The notes below the pieces were generated by a model. That model saw nothing but the letters and a program-made list of their open reading frames with translations. It did no database searches and was not told where the DNA came from. Shown here in pieces: positions 30,405 to 39,457 of a stretch of 64,000 bases of DNA; positions within the stretch are counted from its first letter, which is position 1; each line of letters begins with the position of its first letter. This DNA is from a virus. A program made the position numbers and the translations under genes. The stretch lies in the IMG/VR virus record IMGVR_UViG_3300008111_000003. The stretch is one strand, 5' to 3'.

Positions 30405-30784
30405 ATGACGAAACCATGTTTTTTCAAAAGAATGTAACTCCATCTACTAAGTCTTATGCCTATTATACTATATTAGGCGATCATGACTATTTAGATGATA
30501 ATGGTAAACCACGATCTAACGAAGAGAATAATAAGGTTGCAGCCAAGTCTGTGGTTACAGACAATAAACCCGCAAGATATTATATCAAGGTTGGAACTTA
30601 TGGTAAAATCTATAATCCTATTGGATTATTTAGCGAAGGTAAAAATACCAAGTTTCTATCCAAAATAGGTCGTAAACAATTCGAATTCAAAGAAGTTAAT
30701 GCTAAAGTATTCGATCTATATATTAATTTTCTTGCTACCAAAAATACCGCATGGTTAAATAATGCTGAAAGGGAACTAAACTAA
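30392..30784 (+). CDS. Hypothetical protein
   Basis: Operon-style ORF. Confidence 0.6.
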   Translation: MAQLNDETMFFQKNVTPSTKSYAYYTILGDHDYLDDNGKPRSNEENNKVAAKSVVTDNKPARYYIKVGTYGKIYNPIGLFSEGKNTKFLSKIGRKQFEFKEVNAKVFDLYINFLATKNTAWLNNAERELN

Positions 30785-31098
30785 TGGCTAAAATTTCTAA
30801 AACCAAAGAGTATGCTATCAAATATTTATCTGATTATGCTAAGAAAAGTCCAGAAGAAATCTCTAATGAATTAAAGCTACCATTAGCAGAAGTAACCAAG
30901 GTTCTTGGTGATTCACAACCAAAACCAAAAAACAAAGACAAAACAGCAGATTTAATGATTCGTCATACTTCTGGTAAGAAAAACAATACCGTTAGTATCA
31001 TGACAGAAAGTGCTGCTCAGTTGTCTGATGAGTTTATCAAGAATATGAATACCAAGAAAACGAACGTAAACTATATTCATAGGCCAAAGACTGATTGA
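30784..31098 (+). CDS. Hypothetical protein (possible N-terminal HTH)
   Basis: SPEEISNELKLP segment. Confidence 0.55.
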   Translation: MAKISKTKEYAIKYLSDYAKKSPEEISNELKLPLAEVTKVLGDSQPKPKNKDKTADLMIRHTSGKKNNTVSIMTESAAQLSDEFIKNMNTKKTNVNYIHRPKTD

Positions 31099-31527
31099 AT
31101 GTCTGATAAACTTTATCCTTCAAAGTATTCTAACGGTAAACAAGTTACCGCAGCCCAGTATATCACAGAGATAATCTGTGAAAGAAAAGCTAAGAATAGT
31201 AAAAAAGATTTACATTATAGATTTTGGACCAATAAATTATGGGAAAAATTCTATAAGGATCAAATTGCTTCTGCGCATAAGTTGTTAAAAAAATACTCTG
31301 ATACTGCTATTATAAGAGCCCTAAATAGCGATAAGGCTCAAAAAATATACTCTCTGCGAGCACCTTTTTTAACTCCTATCATAGAGCAAGAAGAACAAAA
31401 ACTACAGAGTCAAAACCAAGAACTGTCACTAAAATTAAGTAGACCAAGCACAGTTAATTTTGATCGTAATTCAGTCAAACAGTCAAATATTATTTCCAAG
31501 TTAAAGGATCTAGATAATGAGTCTTAA
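31099..31527 (+). CDS. Hypothetical protein
   Basis: Operon-style ORF. Confidence 0.6.
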   Translation: MSDKLYPSKYSNGKQVTAAQYITEIICERKAKNSKKDLHYRFWTNKLWEKFYKDQIASAHKLLKKYSDTAIIRALNSDKAQKIYSLRAPFLTPIIEQEEQKLQSQNQELSLKLSRPSTVNFDRNSVKQSNIISKLKDLDNES

Positions 31528-32527
31528 AGATGATGTGGTTAAAAGCTTCGGTGATAATGTTATATTAAATGGTAATGCTATTATAGACCAAAAAGTATTA
31601 ACCATTCCAGTAAGTCCATCTATAGACTATGCTCTTAATGGAGGTATTCCAGAAGGCAGTTTTGTTATTTTAACTGGACATCCTAAATGTGGAAAAACGC
31701 TAACTTCGTTAGACTTTGCTGCTACGGCACAAAAAGAAATTTATCAAGGAGATTTAAAAAAACCAAGAGAGGTTTATTATTTGAATGTTGAGGGTAGGCT
31801 AAGAAAAAGAGACTTAGAAGGTATAGCTAATTTAGATTTATCCAGATTTAATGTTATTGGTAGTCAACAGGGTAAAATATTACATGCCGAGGAATATCTA
31901 ACCATAGCAGAAAAAATTATTAATGAGATCCCTGGGTCTATTCTTATTATAGACTCGTATTCATCGTTATGTACAGAAGCAGAAATCACCAGTGAAATGG
32001 ATAAAATGCAAAGAGCAGATGGTGCTAAATTATTGAAAAAGTTTTGCAGAAAGGTCGGCAATGTTATTCCGGTTAATAAAAATATTGTAATTGGTATCAC
32101 TCATTTAATAGGTAATCCAACCGGATATGGTGCAGAATTTAAAGAGGGCGGTGGTACCGGTATTGCTTATCAGGTAGATGTTAAGTTAAGAGCCAAATCG
32201 AGTAAGCCATGGCTATTAGGTGCTGAAAATACACAAATAGGACAAGAAATAGAGTGGATAGTTGGTTCTTCTCCATTAGGACCACCAGGACGCCAAGTTC
32301 TAGGTTATATTAGATATGGACAGGGTATAGATAAACAAATGGAAGCTATTGTAATGGCTTCTGATCTTGGATTAATACATAAGGGTGGGGCATGGTATAC
32401 CTTTACAAGCTTGCCTGATAAGCCTAAGTTTCAAGGAACAGAAAAGGCTAGACAGTACTTAGTTGAAAATGATCTTATATATCAAGATCTTGTAAAAACT
32501 ATAAAAATAACTTTAGGCATAGAATGA
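31517..32527 (+). CDS. recA: RecA/UvsX-like recombinase
   Basis: GGIPEG, G.PKCGKT Walker A, IIDS Walker B, GG, I.YG.GID, GAWY. Confidence 0.9.
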   Translation: MSLKDDVVKSFGDNVILNGNAIIDQKVLTIPVSPSIDYALNGGIPEGSFVILTGHPKCGKTLTSLDFAATAQKEIYQGDLKKPREVYYLNVEGRLRKRDLEGIANLDLSRFNVIGSQQGKILHAEEYLTIAEKIINEIPGSILIIDSYSSLCTEAEITSEMDKMQRADGAKLLKKFCRKVGNVIPVNKNIVIGITHLIGNPTGYGAEFKEGGGTGIAYQVDVKLRAKSSKPWLLGAENTQIGQEIEWIVGSSPLGPPGRQVLGYIRYGQGIDKQMEAIVMASDLGLIHKGGAWYTFTSLPDKPKFQGTEKARQYLVENDLIYQDLVKTIKITLGIE

Positions 32528-32934
32528 TAATTAAAGCTTTAGATGGTCAATCACATAATTGGCTATTAACCGGCAATATGGCTAAAGGTAAAGTTAGCAA
32601 TAGGTCTTCTTTGCATCTGTCTGCAAGAAAACTGATTACTGGCCACTTCCCCACTCTGCAACTACTAGAAGAAGTGCCGATACCATTGAGGAAGGGCGAG
32701 GTATTATATTTAGATTTTTATATACCATTAAAGAAAATTTGCATAGAAGTTCATGGTGAACAACATTTTAAATTTGTACCATTCTACCATTCTACTATGC
32801 TTAATTTTTTAAAAGCACAAAAAAGAGATAGAGAAAAACAAGAGTGGTGTGAAATAAATGGAATCAAGTATATTGGTCTTAGATTTGATCAAAAAGAAAA
32901 TGAATGGAGCGAGTTAATCCAAAATGAGTGCTAA
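32524..32934 (+). CDS. PD-(D/E)XK / Vsr-like nuclease
   Basis: LDFYIP...IEVHGEQH...RD..K..WC. Confidence 0.7.
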   Translation: MIIKALDGQSHNWLLTGNMAKGKVSNRSSLHLSARKLITGHFPTLQLLEEVPIPLRKGEVLYLDFYIPLKKICIEVHGEQHFKFVPFYHSTMLNFLKAQKRDREKQEWCEINGIKYIGLRFDQKENEWSELIQNEC

Positions 32935-33418
32935 AACATCCAAAGAGGAACTAAAGTATTGGGACGATATACTTGACGAATATGAGAATTCTATAGGACT
33001 AGGTATATATTCAGATGTTCATGGATTCACAGAAAGTGAACTAAATACATACTTCACCATGAATAGAGATGCTATAGAGAAATTAGATCCGGAAGATTGT
33101 GCTCAAATATCTTATAGATTAGCACAGTACGCATTCTTCTTACAGAGAACTCTTAATAGAGAAATTGCCAGACACAACTGGGCAGAAGAAAATATTAAAG
33201 AGACCATAGCAGATGAAATAAATAATTATAAAGGATACGGCTTTGTAGAAAAATCTATACAAGCCATTAAACATAATGATAAAGCCATCTCATTGAATAA
33301 GATTAAAAAGTATGCTCAACAGCGCATGGATAGACTATCATATTTAGCTAATAGCGTTAAAAATCTTTCAGATATTATGCTTTCTGTACAAAGGACAAAG
33401 GTGAAACATGGGTCTTGA
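32924..33418 (+). CDS. Helical hypothetical protein (possibly UvsY-like mediator)
   Basis: Coiled-coil character; lies between RecA and the helicase. Confidence 0.45.
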   Translation: MSAKTSKEELKYWDDILDEYENSIGLGIYSDVHGFTESELNTYFTMNRDAIEKLDPEDCAQISYRLAQYAFFLQRTLNREIARHNWAEENIKETIADEINNYKGYGFVEKSIQAIKHNDKAISLNKIKKYAQQRMDRLSYLANSVKNLSDIMLSVQRTKVKHGS

Positions 33419-33773
33419 TAATGATGATATCAAAGCATTAATAGCAATATTACAAAAGGGTTTAACTAATGATGATGAAAATGAGGTAGAGACACCAAAG
33501 CGTAAAACTCAGCGATCATCCAAACCACGACAAACCAAAAAGAAAAGCACAAACAAATTTGATAACATGCCAGAATTTGGTATGTGTAAAGAGGATGTGG
33601 AGATAGATCGTAAGATCAAAAAACCACCACCATCACTAAGAAATAGGCCGTTTGAACTTGTTAAGGTTCAATGTAGAATTTGTGGTAAAAAAGATAAGGT
33701 TGCACCAAGTATTCTTGAGTCTATGGAAATAGAGAGATACAAGTGTAACAAGTGCGCAACAGGAGCAGGCTGA
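33408..33773 (+). CDS. Zinc-finger hypothetical protein
   Basis: CRIC...CNKC. Confidence 0.6.
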   Translation: MGLDNDDIKALIAILQKGLTNDDENEVETPKRKTQRSSKPRQTKKKSTNKFDNMPEFGMCKEDVEIDRKIKKPPPSLRNRPFELVKVQCRICGKKDKVAPSILESMEIERYKCNKCATGAG

Positions 33774-35230
33774 TGATTTTGTGTGATCCCGCCGCAGAAA
33801 GAGCGGTATTGGCTGGTATTTGTTCGTATGGTGAAAATGCTTATTTGGACATTGCTGATATATTACAGGAATCATCTTTTACTGTAGATAGCAATACCAT
33901 TATCTTCAAATGCTTAAAGCATCTTTGCGAGAATAATCACGGAACTATTGATATAGCCTCCATCTATTCTGTGGCTCAGGATTTGGGAGTTTCTCATGTT
34001 CTTTCAAAGAAAGAGGAAACCCAGCATCTTAAGGCTATTATGGATTTTCCTGTTAGTCTTGATAATGTTAGAAAATTTGCGGCCAAGATAAGAAAGCTAG
34101 AAATAGCTAGACTATTAAGAAAGCAGCTAGAACTAGCTCAGGATAAAATCTTAGAGATAACAGGATCAGAACCAATATCTTCGATTATAGGATTGGCCGA
34201 AGATAGTATTTTTAATTTCACTTCGCTGCTAAATGATAGTGATAGTGGTCCAGAACAAATATCTTCTTCTATTGATGATTATATTAAACATCTAGAAGAA
34301 ACTAAATTGGATCAGGTGGGTATTCCAACAGGATTTCCAATATACGATCAGGCTATTGGTGGTGGACTAAGACGAGGAACAATCAATGTAATTGGTGCTA
34401 GACCAAAAGTTGGTAAAACTCTTATGTCTGATAATATGAGTAAAAACATAGCAGCATTAGGTATTCCCATATTAAATATGGATACCGAAATGAATAAAGA
34501 AGATCATATTCATAGACTATTGGCTATGATGAGCGAAGTTGATATTAACTCTATCGAAACTGGTAAATTTTCTGAATCTGTTGACAAAAAGAATAAGATA
34601 CTATCCTCAGCAGAAAAACTAAAAGGTATGAATATATACCACAAAAGTATTGCTGGTATGCCTTTTGAGGATCAATTAGCTATAATGAGAAGATGGCTAG
34701 TTAAAGAGGTAGGACTAAATGATGATGGTACAGCCAAAGAGTGTGTGATATTTTATGATTATCTAAAGCTTATGGATAGTGCTGGTATAAGCCAAGATCT
34801 TAAAGAATATCAGGTTTTAGGATTTATGATGACCAGTTTGCATAATTTTGCTGTTAGATACAAAGTGCCAATCGTAGCTTTTATACAGTTGAATAGAGAT
34901 GGTATTTCAAAAGAAAGTACCGACTCTGCTAGTGGTTCAGATCGAATCATTTGGTTGTGTAGCAATTTCTCAATTTTTAAACGCAAGAGCGATGAAGAAA
35001 TAGCAGAAGATGGGCCAGATGGTGGTAATCGTAAACTAATACCATTAGTATGCAGACACGGTGGCGGTCTGGACGATAACGATTATATCAACTGTCATAT
35101 GAAGGGATGGTGTGCCCAAATTAAAGAGGGAAGAACGCACTTGGAAATTAAGAATAATGTCAAATCTAATGAAGAAGGTTTTATTGTAGATGAAAACGAT
35201 AGCGATGAAGACCAAATCCCATTTGAATGA
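33773..35230 (+). CDS. dnaB: Replicative DnaB-like helicase
   Basis: AERAVL, GIPTGF, GARPKVGKT, DTEM, DYLKLM, QLNR, SGSD. Confidence 0.93.
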   Translation: MILCDPAAERAVLAGICSYGENAYLDIADILQESSFTVDSNTIIFKCLKHLCENNHGTIDIASIYSVAQDLGVSHVLSKKEETQHLKAIMDFPVSLDNVRKFAAKIRKLEIARLLRKQLELAQDKILEITGSEPISSIIGLAEDSIFNFTSLLNDSDSGPEQISSSIDDYIKHLEETKLDQVGIPTGFPIYDQAIGGGLRRGTINVIGARPKVGKTLMSDNMSKNIAALGIPILNMDTEMNKEDHIHRLLAMMSEVDINSIETGKFSESVDKKNKILSSAEKLKGMNIYHKSIAGMPFEDQLAIMRRWLVKEVGLNDDGTAKECVIFYDYLKLMDSAGISQDLKEYQVLGFMMTSLHNFAVRYKVPIVAFIQLNRDGISKESTDSASGSDRIIWLCSNFSIFKRKSDEEIAEDGPDGGNRKLIPLVCRHGGGLDDNDYINCHMKGWCAQIKEGRTHLEIKNNVKSNEEGFIVDENDSDEDQIPFE

Positions 35231-36350
35231 TCAATTAAAACTAAAGCTGATTTGTGATCAGGTTTGTGACAATATTGAGCCACTATTAGATTCTTTTGGA
35301 ATTGATTATAGAACTCAATCCAAGATGATCGTTATGGCCTGTCCCATACATGGTGGAGATAATGCGTCCGCACTTAACTTGTATCCAGAAGGAGACAGTT
35401 ATAGAGGAAACTGGAAGTGTAGAACGCACAATTGTGAAAAAACATTCAAAGGATCAGTACTAGGATTTATTAGAGGCATATTATCTCGTCATCATCATGG
35501 ATGGAATAAAGATGGTGATAAGATGTGCTCTTTTAATGAGGCTGTTGATTATGCCCTAAAATTTATTAAACAAGACCTATCCGATCTAAAAATATCCAAA
35601 ACAGAAAGAGAAAAGAAACAATTCACGAATGTTGTTAACTATCTCAACAAGACAGAAGAAAAAAGCACAAGCAGAGTAACCAGAAGTCAGATAGTCAAAT
35701 CTTTAATTATTCCTGCTCAATACTATTTAGATCGAAAATATTCACCAGAAATACTAACCAAATATGATGTTGGTTTATGTAGTAAATCTGGTAAAGAGAT
35801 GAGTGATAGAATTGTTGTGCCAATATATGACAATAACTATAGTTATATGGTAGGATGTACCGGACGAAGCATCCACGAAAAATGTCCAAATTGCAAAGGA
35901 TTTCATAATCCCAATGGTGGGTGTCCATTACCCGACGATGTTTGGAAATTTTGTAAATGGAAACATAACACAGACTTTAAAAGCCAGAATCATCTTTACA
36001 ACTTCTGGTTTGCTAAAGAACATATTCTTAAAACATCAACAGTTATTGTGGTAGAAAGTCCTGGTAATGTTTGGAGATTAGAAGAAAACGGTATTCATAA
36101 TAGTGTAGCTATTTTTGGATCATCCTTGAGCGATAGACAAAAGATCATATTAGATTCATCTGGAGCTATGAATATTGTGATACTAACAGACAACGATGAA
36201 GCAGGAATAAAGGCCGCTGAACAAATTAAGAATAAGTGCCAGAATACTTATAGAATTTTTATACCCAAAATATCAAAGAGCGATGTGGGAGAAATGAATA
36301 GTGAAGAAATTAATGATCAAATTAAGAATTATCTAGGAAAAATAGTATGA
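35205..36350 (+). CDS. dnaG: DNA primase (zinc-binding + TOPRIM) with extra Cys-rich insert
   Basis: CPIHGGDN...C.T..C; VVESPG; DNDEAG; DVGEM. Confidence 0.88.
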   Translation: MKTKSHLNDQLKLKLICDQVCDNIEPLLDSFGIDYRTQSKMIVMACPIHGGDNASALNLYPEGDSYRGNWKCRTHNCEKTFKGSVLGFIRGILSRHHHGWNKDGDKMCSFNEAVDYALKFIKQDLSDLKISKTEREKKQFTNVVNYLNKTEEKSTSRVTRSQIVKSLIIPAQYYLDRKYSPEILTKYDVGLCSKSGKEMSDRIVVPIYDNNYSYMVGCTGRSIHEKCPNCKGFHNPNGGCPLPDDVWKFCKWKHNTDFKSQNHLYNFWFAKEHILKTSTVIVVESPGNVWRLEENGIHNSVAIFGSSLSDRQKIILDSSGAMNIVILTDNDEAGIKAAEQIKNKCQNTYRIFIPKISKSDVGEMNSEEINDQIKNYLGKIV

Positions 36351-36985
36351 CAACAATTTTAGCATTCTCTGGACGAAAACAATCTGGTAAAAGTACATCT
36401 GGAGAATATGTACAGGATCTTATCCGTTCTATAAATCCAAAAATCAGCATTAAAACCTATAGCTTTGCTGATCCTCTAAAAAGAAATATTTGTATAGACT
36501 TATTAGGATTAACTGAGCAGCAGTGCTATGGTAGTGATGAAGATAAGAATAGTCTGACCAATATTCGCTGGAAAGATATGCCAGACTATGATATATCATG
36601 GACTTATGATTCTGAATATGATTCTAGCGGATTTATGACAGCAAGACAAGTTATGGAATTTGTGGGTACAAGAATTTTTAGAAAAATGAAAAATAATATA
36701 TGGGTAGATGCTACTATTAAACAAATCCATAAAGACAATATCGATATGGCTCTACTATTAGATAATAGATTTCCAAATGAAGTTGATGCTGTTTTAGACT
36801 CTGGTGGATTTGTGGTTAGATTAGCGAGAGATCCTTTTCATTCTTGGTCAGAACCTGAGATTGCTCTGGATCCAGTTAAGTACGATTGGTCGAAATTTAG
36901 TTGTGTAATAGACAACACAAACTGCTCAATAGACGAAAAGAATAATCTTATCAAACAATTTCTTATTAATCAAGGAATACTTTAG
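36347..36985 (+). CDS. Deoxynucleoside monophosphate kinase
   Basis: GRKQSGKST, FADPLK, R..ME..GT, D.RFPNE, H.SE-like. Confidence 0.85.
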   Translation: MTTILAFSGRKQSGKSTSGEYVQDLIRSINPKISIKTYSFADPLKRNICIDLLGLTEQQCYGSDEDKNSLTNIRWKDMPDYDISWTYDSEYDSSGFMTARQVMEFVGTRIFRKMKNNIWVDATIKQIHKDNIDMALLLDNRFPNEVDAVLDSGGFVVRLARDPFHSWSEPEIALDPVKYDWSKFSCVIDNTNCSIDEKNNLIKQFLINQGIL

Positions 36986-37041
36986 TGTGTCTTAAATAAT
37001 ATTCGGTGTATCTAAGATTAGACATATAAGGAGAAAAATTT

Positions 37042-37569
37042 ATGCCAGCTAAAAAATATTTTATAACTAAAGAATATTTAGAAGAACATTATACCAAACA
37101 AAAAAAGAGCACAACCACCATAGCAAAAGAATTAGGACTTAAATCCACAAATACGCTTAAAAGATTATTAAAAAAATACGATATACCCAACAATAATAAT
37201 AGGGCTGGTAGGCCAGTAAAAACCACACAAAAATTTGGTGAAATACACAAATCATATATCTGTACATTAAGATTACGAGCAAAAAGATTAGATTATGAAT
37301 TCAATTTAAATGGAAAATTTTTATGGGAATTATTTCTAAAACAAAATAGAAAATGTGCTTTATCTGGCATAGAAATAGGATTTCCTCAAGCCTGGGGCGT
37401 TAAAAGTAAAACAGATATTACTGCGTCTCTAGATAGAATAGATAGTAATAAAGGATATACAAAAGATAATGTGCAATGGGTACACAAGCATATAAACACT
37501 ATGAAAATGCATATGACAGATATGGAGTTTATAAGTATCTGTAAGAAAGTAGCGGAATACAACAAGTGA
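37042..37569 (+). CDS. Free-standing HNH-type homing endonuclease
   Basis: N-terminal HTH; Q..KCALSG, SLDRIDS.KGY..DNVQWVHK.IN.MK. Confidence 0.85.
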   Translation: MPAKKYFITKEYLEEHYTKQKKSTTTIAKELGLKSTNTLKRLLKKYDIPNNNNRAGRPVKTTQKFGEIHKSYICTLRLRAKRLDYEFNLNGKFLWELFLKQNRKCALSGIEIGFPQAWGVKSKTDITASLDRIDSNKGYTKDNVQWVHKHINTMKMHMTDMEFISICKKVAEYNK

Positions 37570-38609
37570 TTATAACCTATCTTCGAAGTTCAAGTTTTAA
37601 CACACACTGTTTCTGTGCTCAACAGTATTTTCTTGAATATGTACTAGGCATTAGATCCCCATCAGGAATTAAGGCCGATAAGGGCACTATAGTACATAAA
37701 GCTTTAGAGATTTTAGCCTATATTAAGCTAACATTACAAAATAAAGAAAATATTTATACTGATGATATTGTTGGTCCTATTAATGTTCATGACTATGATT
37801 TAGACCGAATTATTGATGCTGTTTATCAATACTATACGTCTCAGTTTAAACATCACTCATGGTCGGCCAAAGATTTAAAAGATTGTCGTCTATGGGTCAA
37901 CAAAGCGATCACAGATCACAACGGAACCTTCGATCCACGCAATAGAAACATACTTCAACCAGAGCAACATTTTGATATAGTTATAGATAAACCTTGGGCC
38001 TATTATTCGTACAAAACACAATCAGGAATTTTAGATGGTAATTTGGCGATAAAAGGAACTATTGATCTTATTACGGAAGTGGACGAAAATACCATAGAAA
38101 TTGTTGACTGGAAAACTGGCCGCAGACTAGACTGGGCAACTGGTCAAGAAAAAACTTTGGAAAAACTTCAAAATGATCCTCAGTTAAGAATATACCACTA
38201 TGCTGTGCAAAAATTGTATCCGAAAATGGATCATATTATTTTTACCATCAATTTTATTAATGATGGCGGAGCATTTAGTGTTTGTTATGATAAGAGCGAT
38301 TTGCCAAAAACAGAAAATATGATTAGACAAAAGTTTGAAACCATACGAGATACCACAAGACCATCACTTAACAAAAGTTGGAAATGCACCAAATTATGTC
38401 ATTTTGGAAAAACCACTTTTGAGAATAGTCATATTCTACCCATCATAGAATATAGAGATAATCAAATATGTGCCAAAGATACTTTCATGACCAAGTGTGA
38501 ACAAATCAAACACGATATTGATCTGAAAGGCATTAACAATGTGATTGACCAACACACTTTTCCTGGATATACTGTTGGTAAGTACAAAGCACCCGGAAGC
38601 GCAGAATGA
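37566..38609 (+). CDS. PD-(D/E)XK exonuclease (Cas4/RecB-like)
   Basis: GT.VH, E, GTIDL, IVDWKTG, QL..Y, Cys cluster (C...CTKLC). Confidence 0.85.
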   Translation: MIITYLRSSSFNTHCFCAQQYFLEYVLGIRSPSGIKADKGTIVHKALEILAYIKLTLQNKENIYTDDIVGPINVHDYDLDRIIDAVYQYYTSQFKHHSWSAKDLKDCRLWVNKAITDHNGTFDPRNRNILQPEQHFDIVIDKPWAYYSYKTQSGILDGNLAIKGTIDLITEVDENTIEIVDWKTGRRLDWATGQEKTLEKLQNDPQLRIYHYAVQKLYPKMDHIIFTINFINDGGAFSVCYDKSDLPKTENMIRQKFETIRDTTRPSLNKSWKCTKLCHFGKTTFENSHILPIIEYRDNQICAKDTFMTKCEQIKHDIDLKGINNVIDQHTFPGYTVGKYKAPGSAE

Positions 38610-38696
38610 ACACAACCCATTTCTTTTTCACCTCTTTTTTATTATCTGTGTATTCATACTATGAGTGATAATGCAAATTGAGTATAAGGAAATTTT

Positions 38697-39416
38697 ATGA
38701 GAGGCAGAAAAGTAGACAATGGTCGTTTTGTAAAATGTTACGATAATAAATTAACAAAAAAATATCTAGAAAAAGAATATCCAAAACAAGGAGCCTATAA
38801 AATAGCTAAAAGTTTGGGGATTCACGTTAAAACCGTATATAATTATTTAGGATATTACAAAATACCAAGAACTAGACAAGAAAATAATAAAATTAAAAAA
38901 GGCCAAATTTTTGGATTGTTAACTTTAGTAGAACCTGTTGGAAAATTAAAAAACGGCACAATTACATGGAAGTGTATGTGTGACTGCGGAAGCGAGACAA
39001 TAGTACCATCCTCTAGGATAAAAATAGGCAAGGTTAAAAGTTGTGGCTGTTTGAACAAAATTAGTGGCTCAAAAAGATGGAATTGGAAGGGGTATTGTGG
39101 TATTAGTGGAAGCAGATTTTGTGAGATTAGATTAAGAGCCAAAAAGAAAAAATGGGATTTCAACCTAACTCCAAAATTCTTATGGGAACTATTTCAACAA
39201 CAAAACAAGAGATGTGCTATAACTAATGAAATTATAGATTTGAATATTGATGGATCATTAGATAGGATAGACAGTTCAAAAGGATATGTAAAAAATAACG
39301 TTTGGTGGGTTAAAAAAGATATAAATAAGATGAAACTAGACTTTCCATTAAATTTGTTTATCGAATTATGTGAGAAGGTTGTAGCCAATAAGGAGAATAT
39401 AAGAAATGGGCGTTGA
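38697..39416 (+). CDS. Free-standing HNH-type homing endonuclease, paralogue of 37042..37569
   Basis: HTH, W.C.CDCG...SCGC, SLDRIDSSKGY..NNV.WV...IN.MK. Confidence 0.85.
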   Translation: MRGRKVDNGRFVKCYDNKLTKKYLEKEYPKQGAYKIAKSLGIHVKTVYNYLGYYKIPRTRQENNKIKKGQIFGLLTLVEPVGKLKNGTITWKCMCDCGSETIVPSSRIKIGKVKSCGCLNKISGSKRWNWKGYCGISGSRFCEIRLRAKKKKWDFNLTPKFLWELFQQQNKRCAITNEIIDLNIDGSLDRIDSSKGYVKNNVWWVKKDINKMKLDFPLNLFIELCEKVVANKENIRNGR

Positions 39417-39450
39417 GCAACGATATGTGCCGCTACACGTCCATTCCTAA
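39406..39450 (+). CDS. dnaE: DnaE extreme N-terminal peptide MGVEQRYVPLHVHS (not in ORF track)
   Basis: AGGAG SD at 39391; carries the PHP HxH motif missing from the 39458 ORF, which continues MFSLLDG. Confidence 0.8.
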   Translation: MGVEQRYVPLHVHS

Positions 39451-39457
39451 GTGAACT

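Noticed and set aside
39448-39450. Stop-codon reassignment as the explanation for the dnaE break
   Set aside because: The downstream part is in a different frame, and TAA, TAG and TGA all terminate genes normally in this window.
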